From: Raillietiella orientalis
Lineage: Eukaryota
Length of the DNA: 64,000 nucleotides
NCBI GenBank assembly: GCA_036172245.1
Contig: JAYWIR010000035.1
Span: forward strand, 2,232,001-2,296,000
Reading direction: 5' to 3'
Under the pieces are notes generated by a model. The model was not told the DNA's origin. It saw nothing but the letters and a program-made list of their open reading frames with translations, and made no database searches. Each line of letters begins with the position of its first letter. Position 1 is the first letter of the stretch. The position numbers were made by a program, and so were the translations under genes. This document shows, one piece after another, positions 36,515 through 49,753 of this stretch.

Positions 36515-38372
36515 ACCCCGTCGAATTTCGTGAAGACTTCGTGTTGCTTCGCGGCGAGCGTTGCCTGGCTGCCTACTTTTGATCGGCGCGCACACGCTTT
36601 TGAACGAGTTGTCTTCGTCTCGGTGATCGGAACGGCATCCATTTCGGAGTCCGTCCGGCGCATGTTCGATCGGGTTTCGGCCTTCGGCGAAGTAGTGACC
36701 GGTTCTGCTGGATTGACAGCTGACCTGTTGTCATTTTCCGTCACCAGAGCACCGCTTTTGGTGACGGCTGCTTTCCCAACGCGCGCGTTTTTAGCGTGCT
36801 CACGCGCAGTTGCACGAGGGACCTTTGCTGAAGTCTTCTTTACTTCATTACGGTTTCTCACTTCGCGTGGCGCCGTTAATGGAGATTGTGCTCCATCGCC
36901 ATCTTTAAAGCCGTCCGCGTCTTTGGACGGGAGCACTTCCGATGGCTCCGACACGCTCGTCATGGGCGCTGCCTTTGGAAGGGCTTTTGATCCCTTCGTT
37001 GGCATGGCATCCGCGCCAGTCGAGAGCTTGCTCTCCGACTGCGACGGCGTGAGATTTTTTTCCGCTTTCGCGGTGTTGGACCGCGACGCGGATTTTATTT
37101 TGCCGACTTTTGAAGTCGACACGGCACAACTCTTCTTACCCGATTTGGGCTTCTCAGCCACTGCAGGAGGTGAAGAAATGGATCTCACGGTACTGAGAGT
37201 GTCCTTACTTCCGTTGTCCATTGGCGTTCCCGCCGGTTGCTCGAACTCCCAGAGAGCCGGGCGTGCTTGAGAAGGACCGCTATTGCGCCTAGGGGGACTT
37301 TTTATTGCCCCGGATTCCCCGCACATTTTCTTCTGCGGCTCCCCTGCCGCGAGAGGAAGCGCGCAAGGCTTCGCGTGCGAGGCTTCCTGCTGCTTTGCGG
37401 CGACATTCCGCCTCGCGTTTTTACGGAATTTCTGCCGTGGGGTATCCGGGTTTTTCGCGGATTTTTTCTTTTTTTCCGCGATTTGTTTTTTGAGATTGAG
37501 CTCCGCGGCTGCCTTTTTCCGCAAAAGATCCGGGCAATTTTTCAATTGGTGCCCGAAAAGTTTGCAATAACGGCATTTTCCGGAGGGGCATTTATCTAAA
37601 CAATGCCCCTCCTTCCCGCATTGCTCGCACGTTCTTACTTTGCCCACGAACCACAGGTGAACGAAAGTGTCTTTCACCTGTAGTTTGGTGAGAAGGAGAC
37701 GGCGGTCCGGCATTGTAAGCCGGTCTCCAGCGACTCCGCTGTGTATGGAGGGGAAGTACTTGAGGTTGCTACGCACCCTCCACAGCGCATGGACCGTGAC
37801 GAATTTCGCCAACACGTTCCGAATATGAATGTCGGAGATTTCATACTCGATGTCGTAAATCTCCGCCACGAATGAGTCGTCGATGGCGTCCGAGAAGAAC
37901 TTCTGGCCACGGATCGACAACGGGGTGCGCAGCAAGCGTTGCACAAGTGCAGCGTCTTTGCAACGCACCTTGTAATAGCCCATATGCTTTACGGGCATAA
38001 TGGCAGGAGGTCCTCCTCCCGCACGGCAACACGGGTCAGTTCATCTTTGAACTGATTCCCGTCGCGCGCAGAAAGAAAACCACTCACCTTATATCGGAGA
38101 GCAGGTCTATAGCCTTGGGCTACGTATGCCCGCAACTCCGACTCGTCGAGTGGTCCCCCTTTGACGGCTGCTGTGGCAGCAACGTCAGCAAAACTCCTCT
38201 CCATTGGCGAGGCAGACGGAGAAAAGGCGGCCGTCGGTTCCGCAATTGCAGATCCGGACGCTATACATCAAACTTCAGTAGCTGCGGGTTGGGTCGACAT
38301 CGTCGTCAAAATGCAGAACACAAAGATGAAGCGGATGAAAGCACGAAGACGAAAGCGAAGAAAAAAACGTTC
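36515..38372 (-). mobile_element. A-related element (probably family E), 5' end + ORF1
   Basis: 5' GAACGTTTTTTT; ORF1 38300-36515 with one frameshift; CEQCGKEGHCLDKC and CRYCKLFGHQLKNC; N-terminus resembles A ORF1. Confidence 0.8.
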
Positions 38373-38379
38373 GCACTCG

Positions 38380-40683
38380 GTTGAAATCTCCCGCTATCAG
38401 GTAAGCCTTCAGCACGTTCGTGTTCGCCAGCCAGTCGCGCTTCAGGGATTCGAGCAGCCTGGTACGGTTGCTGTATCTCTTTTGACCGGTTGGGGCGTAC
38501 ACATTCGTGACGATCAGATCGATCGAGTCGGACCAGCCGAGAATCAGCTGACCGACCCGACCGTCGTCATCGAAGCGCACGCCCTTCACGGCAGCGTCGA
38601 TGGCCGGCTTCACGAAGAAAGCGCAGCCGCAGGTGTTGCGGATGCCGCTTTGCCAGAACAGCCGACCCCCCGCGATGGTTTGGATCCCCTGGATGTCTGC
38701 CGTGGTGATCACTTTGATCTCCTGCAGCAGGGCCTGGTCGAACTCCCGCAGGGTGTCGGCTGTATCTTGTTACCGTCGTCGCGCAGCCCGTTGACATTCC
38801 AAGAGGCCGCGCGAATCCGACGGCGACTGGCGAGCCCAGATGTTACTCCTGGGAAGATGGGAGTGCGGCGTCCCCACCTGCTGGGGCGGGACGCTAGGTG
38901 GAGTGGGAGGGTTAGGTGCTGAAGGCACCTTGTCCCCCTCCTCCATAGGTAACTGCAAGTCTAGCGGGACACCCACAGGTGGGGTCGTGCCTACCTGTTC
39001 GCCCTCCTCCATGGGGGCGGGCAGTTCATTGTCGGCGCCTGCAGGGGGAATTCACCTCCCTGTTCACCCTCCTCCATGGTGGTGGCCGGATCGACGGCTC
39101 CCGAGCGTGGGAATTCCTCCTCCGAACTTTCCACGCTGGCGACGGCTTCCGTCTTCTCCTCCTCGCTGGTGGAGGGGAGGCGCCTCCTGGGCTTCTTTGA
39201 CTTGCGTCCCGACTTCCTGGGGGGTGCCTCCGAGGAGGAGGATGTACTTCCGGCCCTCAGGTCTAACTCACCTGTGGGGGCCTACTTCGTCGGTGCCGGC
39301 CTTCGCACGGCCTTGCGCGATGGGTTCTCACGCTCGGCCAGCGTGACCGCGAGCTCCTCCGCCGCCTGCGCGAACGCGGCGTCCGCGGCTTCGACCTCCG
39401 CTATGTCGCGCGGCTCACCCTCTGTGTAACCAGAGGGTTCGCCGTCGCGAACCTCGGGCGCGGCGGAAATGGCGAGGGGAGGCTCGTCGCCCCGGGTGGC
39501 AGCCTCGGGAGCGACGATTGGTTCCAGTGCCACCGTGCACTCGCGCAGAGTTTTTGAGCGCGGACCGGGTGTTTTCTATCTACTCGCCGGCTTATGCTCT
39601 TTCTTTTCCGGGGATGGTCCTTCTTTAATTTTTCTGGAGGCAACAAGCTGCCAGCCCTCTTCTTTTTCCATTACTTTGGAAGGTTTATCCTCCGGCTTAT
39701 GCGCCAGAAATTGAGGTTCTGGCAGCTTCTGCCGGACACTTTTCGCCTTAAATCATGCGACCTTCAAGGCACGTTATCCCTGCGCTTTTTTGGCGGCAGG
39801 GGGAACCGAGTGGGGAGTGGGGCGCTTGGGGCACACACGCCGAACGTGGCCCTTCTCCCCGCACAGGTGGCACTGGATGTTAGGACACCTCTTACGGAGG
39901 TGTCCCACGGCATCGCAGTATCCGCAATATCGTGGTTTCCCCACGTACCAAAGGTCCACGCTTTCTTGCGCGACCTTCAGTTTGTGGGGAAGCCCACAAT
40001 TCTCCTTTTCGGTGACCCGCGCTGCAGCCTGACAACCAAAAAGGCTATCGAAGCTGTCGAAAATGGAGGGTTTCGGCCACAGTGCGTGCACCTCTCCGTA
40101 CTTGCGCAGCTCTTCAGCAGCCGCTGATCGCGTCATGCGGCTGGTGATGCCAGTCATGTGGACCATCACGGAGCGGTCCATTGACACTGGCAGGATCTTG
40201 CGGCCGTCTACGTTCAGCGGAGCATGGATAAGGCGGTGGGCCAAGGTGACGTCTTTGCAGACCACCTCGACCCGCTGCCCGCCGCTGAGGACGGAAAGGC
40301 CGTCCAAATCCTTCTCCGTGACATTAGCGTCCTTCAACGCTTTGCTGAAGGCGCGCGCTGTTCGGCCGTCGAACAAGTTGCCTACCTGGTACACAAGCAA
40401 AGGCTTGTACCCGGAGGCCTTGTATGCGGCCATCTCCGCCATGGCTTCTGCTCTATGCGCGGCCACCATTGGGCTCCATGACCGCGGCGTGACCGGGGAT
40501 GATTCCGGTGCGGCTGCTTCTGCTCCAGTGGACTGGGGGGCCGAAGTAGCCTTCCCCGCGCCTAACTCCATCGCGGTGTCCTCAGGCATCTTGGCCATAT
40601 GACACCGACGATGTACAGAAAACACCACACACAAGTAAAACGCTTTCCTACTACTCTTTCGGAAGTGAAGGAAAAACACGTCC
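38380..40683 (-). mobile_element. Family C element, 5' half (ORF1 + EN up to GDFN)
   Basis: 5' GGACGTGTTTTT at 40683; ORF1 from 40598 with two knuckles; EN ends LIAGDFN at 38380. Confidence 0.88.
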
Positions 40684-40690
40684 TCCGACT

Positions 40691-40901
40691 AGCCTTGAGG
40701 GCGGCCGGCTGCAACGAGGCAGCCAGCTCCTCCGCGGCGCGCTCGAAGACGACGTCATCGAGCGTGGGCACGATGAAGGGCGCCGCCGCCTCGCTCCCCT
40801 CCTTGTTGACTTTGTCAACGGAGGGTTGAGCAGGGGCAGCAGCGAGTTCTTTAGCGCCGCATTCGTCGATGGCGGGAATACGCTCGACGACAACGGTGCA
40901 C
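40691..40901 (-). mobile_element. Family D ORF1 fragment (downstream flank of the A insertion)
   Basis: Reverse complement of 4890-5100 (CTVVVERIP...AAEELAASL). Confidence 0.85.
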
Positions 40902-43900
40902 GGACGTGTTCTGCGTTGCTCCTCCAGCGTGATTCCTTTCCGTCTTCTTGTGTGTGGTGTGCCCGAGTGCGTCCACTGAAATGTCCACGAAGCCCCTGCA
41001 GCAAAAGATAGATGTGGAGGCTGCTACTGGCAGTGGAGACTCTACTCCAGATGTCCGCTTCGCCTCTGATTCTTGTGTCTCGCCACCGGCGAGAAGCTTC
41101 GCCGCTGTCGTCAAGGCGGCGGCAGCCAGCGGAGAACCCCCCGACGAAGCAGAGCTGCAGGCATATGCAGCCCATGGCTACAAACCTACGCTCTGCTATC
41201 CGGTGAGTGCTTCTATTTCCAACGGGGTCGAAGAAAATTTGTGGGACGAGCTTTTGCACGTCGGAATCCGACAAAACGACCTCCGGGCCGGTTAACGCGC
41301 TCGGACACTGGGAGGTGCACTGCAAAGAGGCATCCCTAGTCCAGCGCCTTCTCCGCACCCCGCTAAATATCCGCGGGAAGGAGGTCGTCCCGTCGGCCAT
41401 GGACCAGTCGTTCGTGGTCCGATTATCCGCCGTCAAGGTTGACACGCCCGATCGCGTGCTCGTCGCTGCACTAAGTGCATTCGCCACGGTGCACGCGCTG
41501 CTGAGAGTAGACAATCCGATCAAAAGGATTGCATCTCTCCACAGCGGACTTGCCATGGCGCGTGACACCATGGCGGAAAGGAGGCAAATGCCTCCGCACT
41601 TGCAGGTGGGCGATGCGATCGTCCACCTCAAATTTGACGGTCAGCGACCGGCTTGCGGCATTTGCGGTGCAGAGGGCCACCGTCCGTGGACGTGCCCTTA
41701 ACGCAACTGCCGCTATTGTAAACAGCTCGGCCACGTCATCAAAGAGGGCGCCGAGCTGAAGAGAAAGCGGGAGGCGAAAAGCCGCCAACAATCGACCCCG
41801 TCCGCGCCGAAAAGATCCCCCGTTGTGCCACGGGAGAAATCGGGCGCGAAGGGCGGGGCATCTTCGAGTGGCGATCCCGCGAAAAAGGGCGCGGTTGCTT
41901 CAGGAAAGCCACCATCCCAGACACATGCGCAGACGGTAAAGATGCCGCGTCGCCCTGGGGGGATATTGCCCCCTTCGAAGCAGCCTAAGAGTGCGAGCAC
42001 GCACTCAATCAAGGCTGCTGAACCGTCCGCGTCCGCTTGCGCGTCCAGCGGAGCACACGGGAAACCGTGCGCGGTACCCTCGGAGCTGCCTCTGAACGGC
42101 AGTCTCCTCCCACGGCGGTGGAGATCACGTCTTCCACGCCGAAGAAACGAGCAGCGAAGGCTGCAATAGCACCTCGCGGGACGACGGCAATGACCGCCGT
42201 TTCGCCCGCATCGGCTAAGGAGCAGGTGCAGTGCGTAACGGGGACGGAGCCGTCTCCTGCCGCGAGCGCGAAACGTGAGCCGGCATCTCCGGCCAAACAA
42301 TTGAGGGAGGCGTCGGCCTCCCGAGAGGGCGTCCCCGACGCGGGCTGGACTCGAGTCTCCAGGACGCCCACAAAGGGGAAGAAGAAGGTTGACCCTTCAA
42401 TATTCCCCATCCTTAAGGTGGGTGGGATGCAAAAGAGAAGCACGCCGAAGAAGGTGCGTACCCTGGTACGCACTACGGATGCGTGCTCTGTCTCCGTCGC
42501 TTCGCGCGAGAGGGCGGCTGCGGAACCCAAAGCTCCGGAAGCTGCGTTGGCGACTGCGACGACCCCCGCGCGAACAGGGCAAGCCTCCACCTGCCGAAAC
42601 AAAAAGAGACTGGCAAAACCCAAGTCTCGCGCTAGGCATTCGGACTCCGAGGTGGAGTCCGAGTGCAAACAAATGAAGCGCGCATCCCGGGTTAAGCCGG
42701 TAGCGCGCCGGGCTAAAGTGCGAAAGCACGAGTCTGTTGCAGGAGTCGGTTCCGGCTCCAGCACGAAGACCGAGGCGATGATCCTCGGCCCCCAGGACTC
42801 AGCTGGGCGCGATGTGGCGACGAACGGGAGCGATTCCGCTTCTTAATCCGCTCTCCTACCAGCTGACTTCTCGCCGGACGGGGCGAGGAGCACGCCGTCA
42901 TGTCCGCAGCAGTGAAGCGTGGACTCGCGTTCGCTCGTCGCGTCAGCGTGGCCTGTTGGAATGTCAACGGGCTACGTGATGCTGACAAAAGGCGGACGGT
43001 AGCCGACGCTTTGCGCGCGTTCGATCTGGTGCTGCTGCAGGAGATACATAGCATGTCCGTACGGCAGGCATCGGATCTGGAAGAGCGCGCGGGCGGGACG
43101 CTACACTGGCGGCAAGGCTCCGCGCACACGTGCGGAGTCGCGTTCCTCGTCCGAGGCAGAGTGGCGGAGGTGGTGCGCAACGTTTGTTTCGACGAGGAAG
43201 GTCGTGTGGGCCAACTTGTCCTCAAGTGGTCCGAATCGATCGACCTGGTCGTTACGAACATCTACGAGCCGAGCGGCGGCCGGCATTACGCCCAGCGACT
43301 TGCATTCCTGGGTGGCCTGCGCAGCCACTGGCTCGTTGACTCCGGCCCTAACGTGGCGCACCTCCTTGCAGGAGACTTCAACGTCCACCTGCTAACAGAG
43401 GAGAGATGCCGCTTGAGGGAGAAGCAACTGGTGAGCGAGGTATGCGCATCCGTGCGCGTGCAAAACTTGCTTGCTGGTGAGCCCGGGATGGAGAGATCGC
43501 CGGACCATGCGTTCCTCGATGAACACCTGCTCTTACGAGTAGGTCGGAGAGGGCGCCTGCTGTCCGCGATTTCGGATCATCCTAGACTGGAGTTCGAGCT
43601 CCTCCCGCCTGGCAAAGGGCCTCCGATGAATGTCTGGAGGTTGCCGGCAGACTGGCTTAGCAATTCGGAGGCGGCCGAGCATCTCCGCCAACACCTCTGG
43701 GGCTTCGCCATCTCTGAACTCGAGGACTGGGACGATCTGAAAAGATCGGTCCGCGAGTTCTTCTGCCGGTTCCCCTTGCACCTGCTTCCCCGCAGCTTCG
43801 GAGAGTGTGTCGCGAACAGCAGACCCTATCTGCAGGCGCGTACCTTTTCACGATGCCCGGACGTCCGGCGTCTAGCGGAGTATAAGGCCAGGGCCGAGCG

Positions 43901-46673
43901 CCAGGTTTGGCAGTCTGGAGCGGCTTGTCTGCTCGATGACGCTGGCCTCGAATGCTCGGCTGCAGCCGAAGCACACCGCGTAGTCAAGCGCTACTACTCC
44001 TTGTTGTACGCGGAGGAGCCCACGGAACGCAGTCTCTCCGAGCTGCTTCTTCCGACGGGCAACCCTGCTATCGACGAGGAGAAACGCGCAAGATTGGATT
44101 GGCCCTTCACGACGGAAGAAGTATCTTCTGCCATAGCGGGCCTGAAGAGGCGTAAGGCGCCTGGGGAGGATGGCCTTCCTGCGGAGTTCTTTCAGTGCTT
44201 CGCGGCGGAGCTCGTCCCTTTGGTGCTAAGCCTTTCCTCGCTGATGCGTGAGACGGGAGATGTTCCCGCTTCTTTCCGCTCAGCAAAGGTGCGGCTCCTG
44301 CCGGAAGGCGGTGATTTGCGCCACCTCAGCAACTGGTGTCCGATCACCTTGGTGATTTCGGACGTCAAGTTGTTCTCCAAGCTATGGGTCGCGCGCCTGG
44401 GGAGAATCGCAGAGTCCTTGGTAAGTCCGGAGCAGACGTATGCTGTTCCGGGGCGGTCCATGGACGCGAATCTCTTTTTCTCGCGAACATGGTTTGAGTT
44501 GCAGCAGCGCGTGGCGTAGACAAGCCAGGCAGCCGGAATCGCCGCTGCCAAAGGTAAGCGGCGGTGTTCAAGGCACGATGGAACGCCGGTAGCCTTAGCG
44601 GTCGCCGTCGATCTCTGCAAAGCGTTCGACAGCGTAAACCAGGAACTTCTTCTGGAGCTTCTGGGACGCCTAGGCCTCCCGACGCACCTCATCGCCTACT
44701 TGCGCTCCTGCTGGCGCCACGCGTTATGCTGTATCTCTTTCAGCGGGCGTCACGTGTGCGGTGTTCCCATACGGCAGGGTATCAGGCAGGGAGACAGCTT
44801 AAACCCCCTGCTCTTCAGCATCTTCTTTCAGTTGGTGCTGAGGGCGTACAGGCTGATGTTGGCCAACCTGCCGAGCTCCTGCATGGGAACACCGGCCGTG
44901 GCCGCATATGCTGATGACCTTCTCCTGCTGCTGCGCATGTCCACCCCGGCGTCCAGGCTCGAGGACTTCTTCGTCGGGGTGCGGGCCTGAACGTAAACAG
45001 GACGAAATCAACCGTTGTACCGGTTGGCTCTACGTGGGAGGGGCAGTCCGACTGGATCCGCCAGGGAATCCCTACGGGCAGATGCTTGAAGTACCTCGGC
45101 GTTCCGTTGGGCGCTTTCTGTCCAGCAGAAGCGTGGTCGGACTGCCTTCACAAGGCCGAGACTGCTCTGGTCCCGTTGCAAGGCAACAGGTTTCTCCTGT
45201 AGGAACGGGCCTTCGTGTGGAACATTTTCGTTGCTTCCCTCCTCCGTCCCCTCTTTTTTGTTTGTCCCCCTCATTAGTCGGCTAAGCGCCGGGCGCAACG
45301 CCTGTTGCGTAACGCCCTGTGGGGACGGGCGAGGTCCAGGATACGCCTGAAGGACTTAACGGCTCCTCGGTGGGATGCAGGATTGGGCATCCTGACGATG
45401 GAGCGGATCGGACTGCTAGTGCAGTTCCGCATGCTGGCACTTTGTGCGCAGCTCTGAACTACTCCCTGGTGTGCTCCAGCGCGGCTGCTGCTGCGGCGCA
45501 GCACGGGTGGCGACGGACTACGTTCGTTGCATCTGCGTACGGAGCGCGCCCAGAGAGGATTCGGCTTCCCTTTGAAGCAGCTCGCCACGCTTCTGGGAAA
45601 GCATGAGTGGATCTCTTGTCGGCCGACGAACTTCAACGCCTGGAGGCAGGAAGCCTTATCGTCCTGGGCAGCGCAACAGGATGTGTCCCGTTTGGAACTC
45701 CGTTGCGTGAAACTTTCCCCATACTGTCCAGTGGGGGAGGTGCTGGAAGACTAGGACCAGTGGACACGCCTAGCCGCTACGCCACTCGCCGAAGCACTGT
45801 GTGCACTGATGGTGCGAGATGTCAGTGACCTGCCGGCGAGGTGGGAGATCACTTGCGAAATCGCAGTCGAAACCCGACTGCTGGTCGGCTGGCGGACTTG
45901 CGAAGTGGCTGACGCTTCCACACCTCGCATTCTTGCAAAGGGGCTTCTCCGGTGGAGTGAGCTCCTCGGGGTGCCCACCGATGAACTTGAGGTCCCTTCT
46001 GCGTGTTTGGACGCGACTCTCTTCCCCCTTCGGTGGAAGCAGGACGCTTTTCTGCTGGTGCATTGGGGTTTGTACAGCAACCAGCGGGCGCACCTGATTT
46101 CCGGGGGAGTTGCGTCCCCGAACTGTGCCAAATGCGGAGCGGTAGAATCGCTACCGCATTTGCTGTTTGAGTGCGGTGCCCTCCAGGAGCTGTGGCAGCG
46201 GCTGTCTTCAGCGCTCCTGCACCCTGGACACACCGCACTGGATTGGATGCGCCGCTTCTACACGCGTGGCGGTCTTACTCTTGGAGCGGTCGTCGCAATC
46301 ATCTGCTGCGTCCGCGCCATTGTCAGGGCCCGCCACGTATTGCAGATGCGAGCAGTCCCAACATCGGTCCCCGACACCGCAGCCTGCAGCCTGCAAATGG
46401 CTGCCGGGTGCCCACATCTTGGAGCAGAAGTGAGGACGGAGATCGGCGGCATTCACCGCCGGTTCTGAGAATAGGAACGGTTAGACTGTATACCCCTGTC
46501 CCCGCCCTCTCACCCAGTTTATTTATTTATTGTCCCACCCCCTCCCGTTCCGAACTCTCAGTGTGCCCGGACTGAATTCCGGGAAGTCTACTCCCCATTT
46601 TCTGTTCCCGTTGCCTGGAAACACAGTTCTCAGTTGATATTATAATAAACGTCCCAGCGGAACCGGGTAATAA
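40902..46673 (+). mobile_element. Family A full-length element (copy 2), disrupted ORFs
   Basis: 5' GGACGTGTT; ORF1 40981-42846 frameshifted; ORF2 42900-46468 (CWNVNG...YADD...CAKC..HLLFEC) with stops; 3' AATAAACGTCCCAGCGGAACCGGGTAATAA. Confidence 0.92.
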
Positions 46674-47805
46674 ACGACGACGCAGCAGCTTTTGGTTTTT
46701 TCGCGGCGCGGAGCGGTTTCGCTCCGTTTCGCAACGTTCTTTCCCTTCTTAGGGGAGTTTTTCTTGGGGTCGACCTTCTGCCACCTTGGCTCTTGACCCT
46801 CGGCCTCGACTTTTTCGGCGTTTTTTGCCAAGGTCTCGGGGCTGGCCTCCGCCTTGGTGGCGGAGGTGATCTCCTTAGCAGCAGCACGAGCTCCCAGCTT
46901 CTTTCTTTTTTTAGCCGCGCGCTTTCCCAAGTTTTTTGCGGACACGACGCGGACTGTGTTTTGGGGGCACACCAGACGGGTGTGCCCCGCTTGTTTGCAT
47001 TGCTGGCACTGCACGCTCGGACACCTCATTTTCAGGTGACCAAAGCTGCTGCAGCAGCCGCAAAACTTCTGTTTCTCAACGTACCTCACGTCAACGGATT
47101 CACCGTTGACGGTGAGTTTGTGGGCAAACTCACATCCTTCGCGAACCGTCACTCGCCCTGCATTCAGCCCGCCAAGCACCCCGTCGTAATCAACAAATGG
47201 ACTAGGCTTACCGCACAGCGTGTGGACAGTTGCAAATTTTTCTAATTCGTTCCGGACGGCCTCCTTCGTCATCCGGAACGTGATAGCGGTCAGGTGAATG
47301 ATCACCAACCGGTCTTCAGTAATTGAGAGAAGCCTCCGGCTTCCCATAATTACGGGGGTTCGCAGAAGTCTCTGCGCAAGAGTTGCCTCCTTGCAAATAA
47401 CTTCCACAAATTGACCCCCGCTTCTGACGGACATAGCCAGAAGCTCTTGTTTTTGTACGCCGAGAACGCGCATCACCTGAGGGAAGGCGCGCGCGTTCTC
47501 GGGAGAATATAAAGCGCCTTCCTTGTATAGGAGGAGTGGGTTGTACCCCTCTTCCAGGTAGGTCCTGATCTCCGCCACAGCCGCCGGCGTGGTCGCGGCA
47601 GCCACGGCGTTCCAAGCCCTGGGTAGGGCCGGGGGCGCATCAGTGGGGGCGGAAGCCCCAACTTCCATCTCCTCCGGGGGCAATGGGGTCATCGCCTCCG
47701 GATCCTCACCGGTGGTGTAATCAGGCTTTGCTGCCTAATCCTCCACCCACACCACACAAAACACCACCGGAAAGCGAAACTCAGGAGCAGCGAAAAGACA
47801 CGTTC
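46674..47805 (-). mobile_element. Family D element, 5' end + ORF1 N-half, interrupted by A
   Basis: 5' GAACGTGTCTTTT; ORF 46640-47692 with two knuckles, ending KSCCVVV. Confidence 0.87.
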
Positions 47806-47825
47806 GCTCGACGCTCCAGAGTCTC

Positions 47826-49750
47826 TCTGTAAACTTGGTACGCAGGGACGTTTATTTTTTCAAATAAACTTATATAATGTATGACTGGACCAGTAGTCCC
47901 TCCACGCCCTGGAAACATTCAGCCTGCCGGGCTACCGGTGCACAGACTGGCGCGGTCGACCTCGGAAGCAGAGGATACAAAAAATCAAAGAAAAAGAAAA
48001 TAAAGAAATAAACAAAACCAATGAGGGAGCGGGAAGAAATGATTGTCTGCTGGGAGGGTCCGTCATCCTCTGAAGGATGCCGGCAAGCTTTCGCTGAATG
48101 CTGGATTCCAGATGGGGCTATCGCTTCGGCATCCTCAGGTAAGGGACGGCGTAAACGGTTGCGTCCCTGTCGCTGGACCCTCCCGTCGCATTGCTTGATC
48201 CCACGACGAATCCGCGTGGGCAGCACAGGTCTGCAGGGTGTCACGGACAAAAAGGGGGCGCAAAGCGTCTCTGGGGTTGCCTATGGGGATCCCCAGGGCT
48301 GCAGCAAAGCGTTCCCACAAGGGACGGAGGGCAACACAATCCACTAACAGGTGAGGGAAGTATTAACTCTCCCTGCACCTGACACAATTTGGGTTGACTC
48401 CCCCCCACGTTCAGTGGTGTCGGCGGGCGTTGCAGGGGAGGCACGAATGCAACACCAGGAGTGCCGACTGTTGCCACTTCATGGGGACGATGCGCGAGTC
48501 CATGAGCACCGGGGGCCACTCGAGATGTTCCTCTGGAACATCCAGTAGCTCTTCCTAGCGCAAGAGAACATTTGGTGTGGTCCTCGGGGTCGCAGCGTTG
48601 GTGAGCTGACCCGTTCACCAATCCTCGATTTTCTTCGCCCTGCTGGAGATCTTGACAGTAACCTCTCATTGTGCCGCGACGTCGATGCCCAGATGTTCCC
48701 GTAGGGTAGGCAGTACCGCAGCAAGGGAGGTTTCTTGAGCCCACGCTCTCCTTAGGGGATATTCGATGATTTCTCGGAGCGTTCGGTGGGCGTACGGCCC
48801 AAACAGAGCTTTCGCTCGTGTTGCGGGCTCTGCTCCTGAGTCATCGCCCACGTGCGGACGGTTTCCTGCAACCAGGCAGGACCGTTGGCGGGGCGTACTA
48901 GGATCCGCTCCGAGTTGGTCTTCGCGAGCTTGGCCGCCCTTCGAAGCTGAAGTCCGCAGTGGCAGATGTTGCTTCGGAGTGCAAAGTAGGACGAGAGTCC
49001 CGCATTGCCGGTGGCCCGCTCGACGAGGAGACGTGCAGGGAGACACCAGGCGGTGCACCAATTTTATGACATAAAGGCAACACTCTGGAAATGGAGATGA
49101 AGCTCCAGCCGCTCCAGAGTCAGGAGGCCAAGAGCGCCGTACCGACGCGGACCGCGCAAGTCCGCGAGACGGACTCAAGGCCTCCCTCTGCCCCAAAGGC
49201 TATCCTCAGGAGATCCTTCGTCCCTTTCCTAGATTCCACTGAGGGGTGGCAAACAAAAAGCAAGGGGCGAAGGAGGAGTGCCGCAAAAGCGTTACACGCG
49301 GGGCCCGTTCCTGCAAGTAGAACCTGCCGCCTCGGAACGGGCCGATAGCCGTCACTTCTTTTTGGAGGCAGCCGGACCACGCTTCCGCAGGGGAGTAGTC
49401 CCCCAACGGCACACCAATGTACTTGAAGTACCTCACCGTGGGGATCCCCAAACGGACCCAGTCCTGCTGCCCTGCCCACGCCGCTCCGACTGGCATTACG
49501 CACGACTTCGCCCTGTTCACCGTCAGTCCTGTTCCACGACTCAGCAGGTCGAAGAAGTCCTCGACCGCCGAGGCCGGGGTGGACATAGGCAGCAGCAGCA
49601 GAAGATCGTCCGCGTACGCCGAAACCGCAGGCGTACCGGGGCAATCGCACGGCAGGTGCGCAAGAGTCTCCCTGTACGCTCTCAGCACCAATTCGAAAAA
49701 GGCGCTAAAGAGCAGGGAACTCAGGCTGTCTCCCTGCCGTATGCCGTATG
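47826..49750 (-). mobile_element. Family D 3' fragment (RT motif B to 3' end)
   Basis: ORF 49206-49691 (YADD); 3' UTR matches 15222-15436. Confidence 0.87.
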
Positions 49751-49753
49751 CCG

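Noticed and set aside
40684..40691. C 5' junction as an additional target site in D ORF1
   Set aside because: It coincides with the end of the 5.1-kb inverted duplication and has no matching 3' junction, so it is more likely a rearrangement breakpoint.
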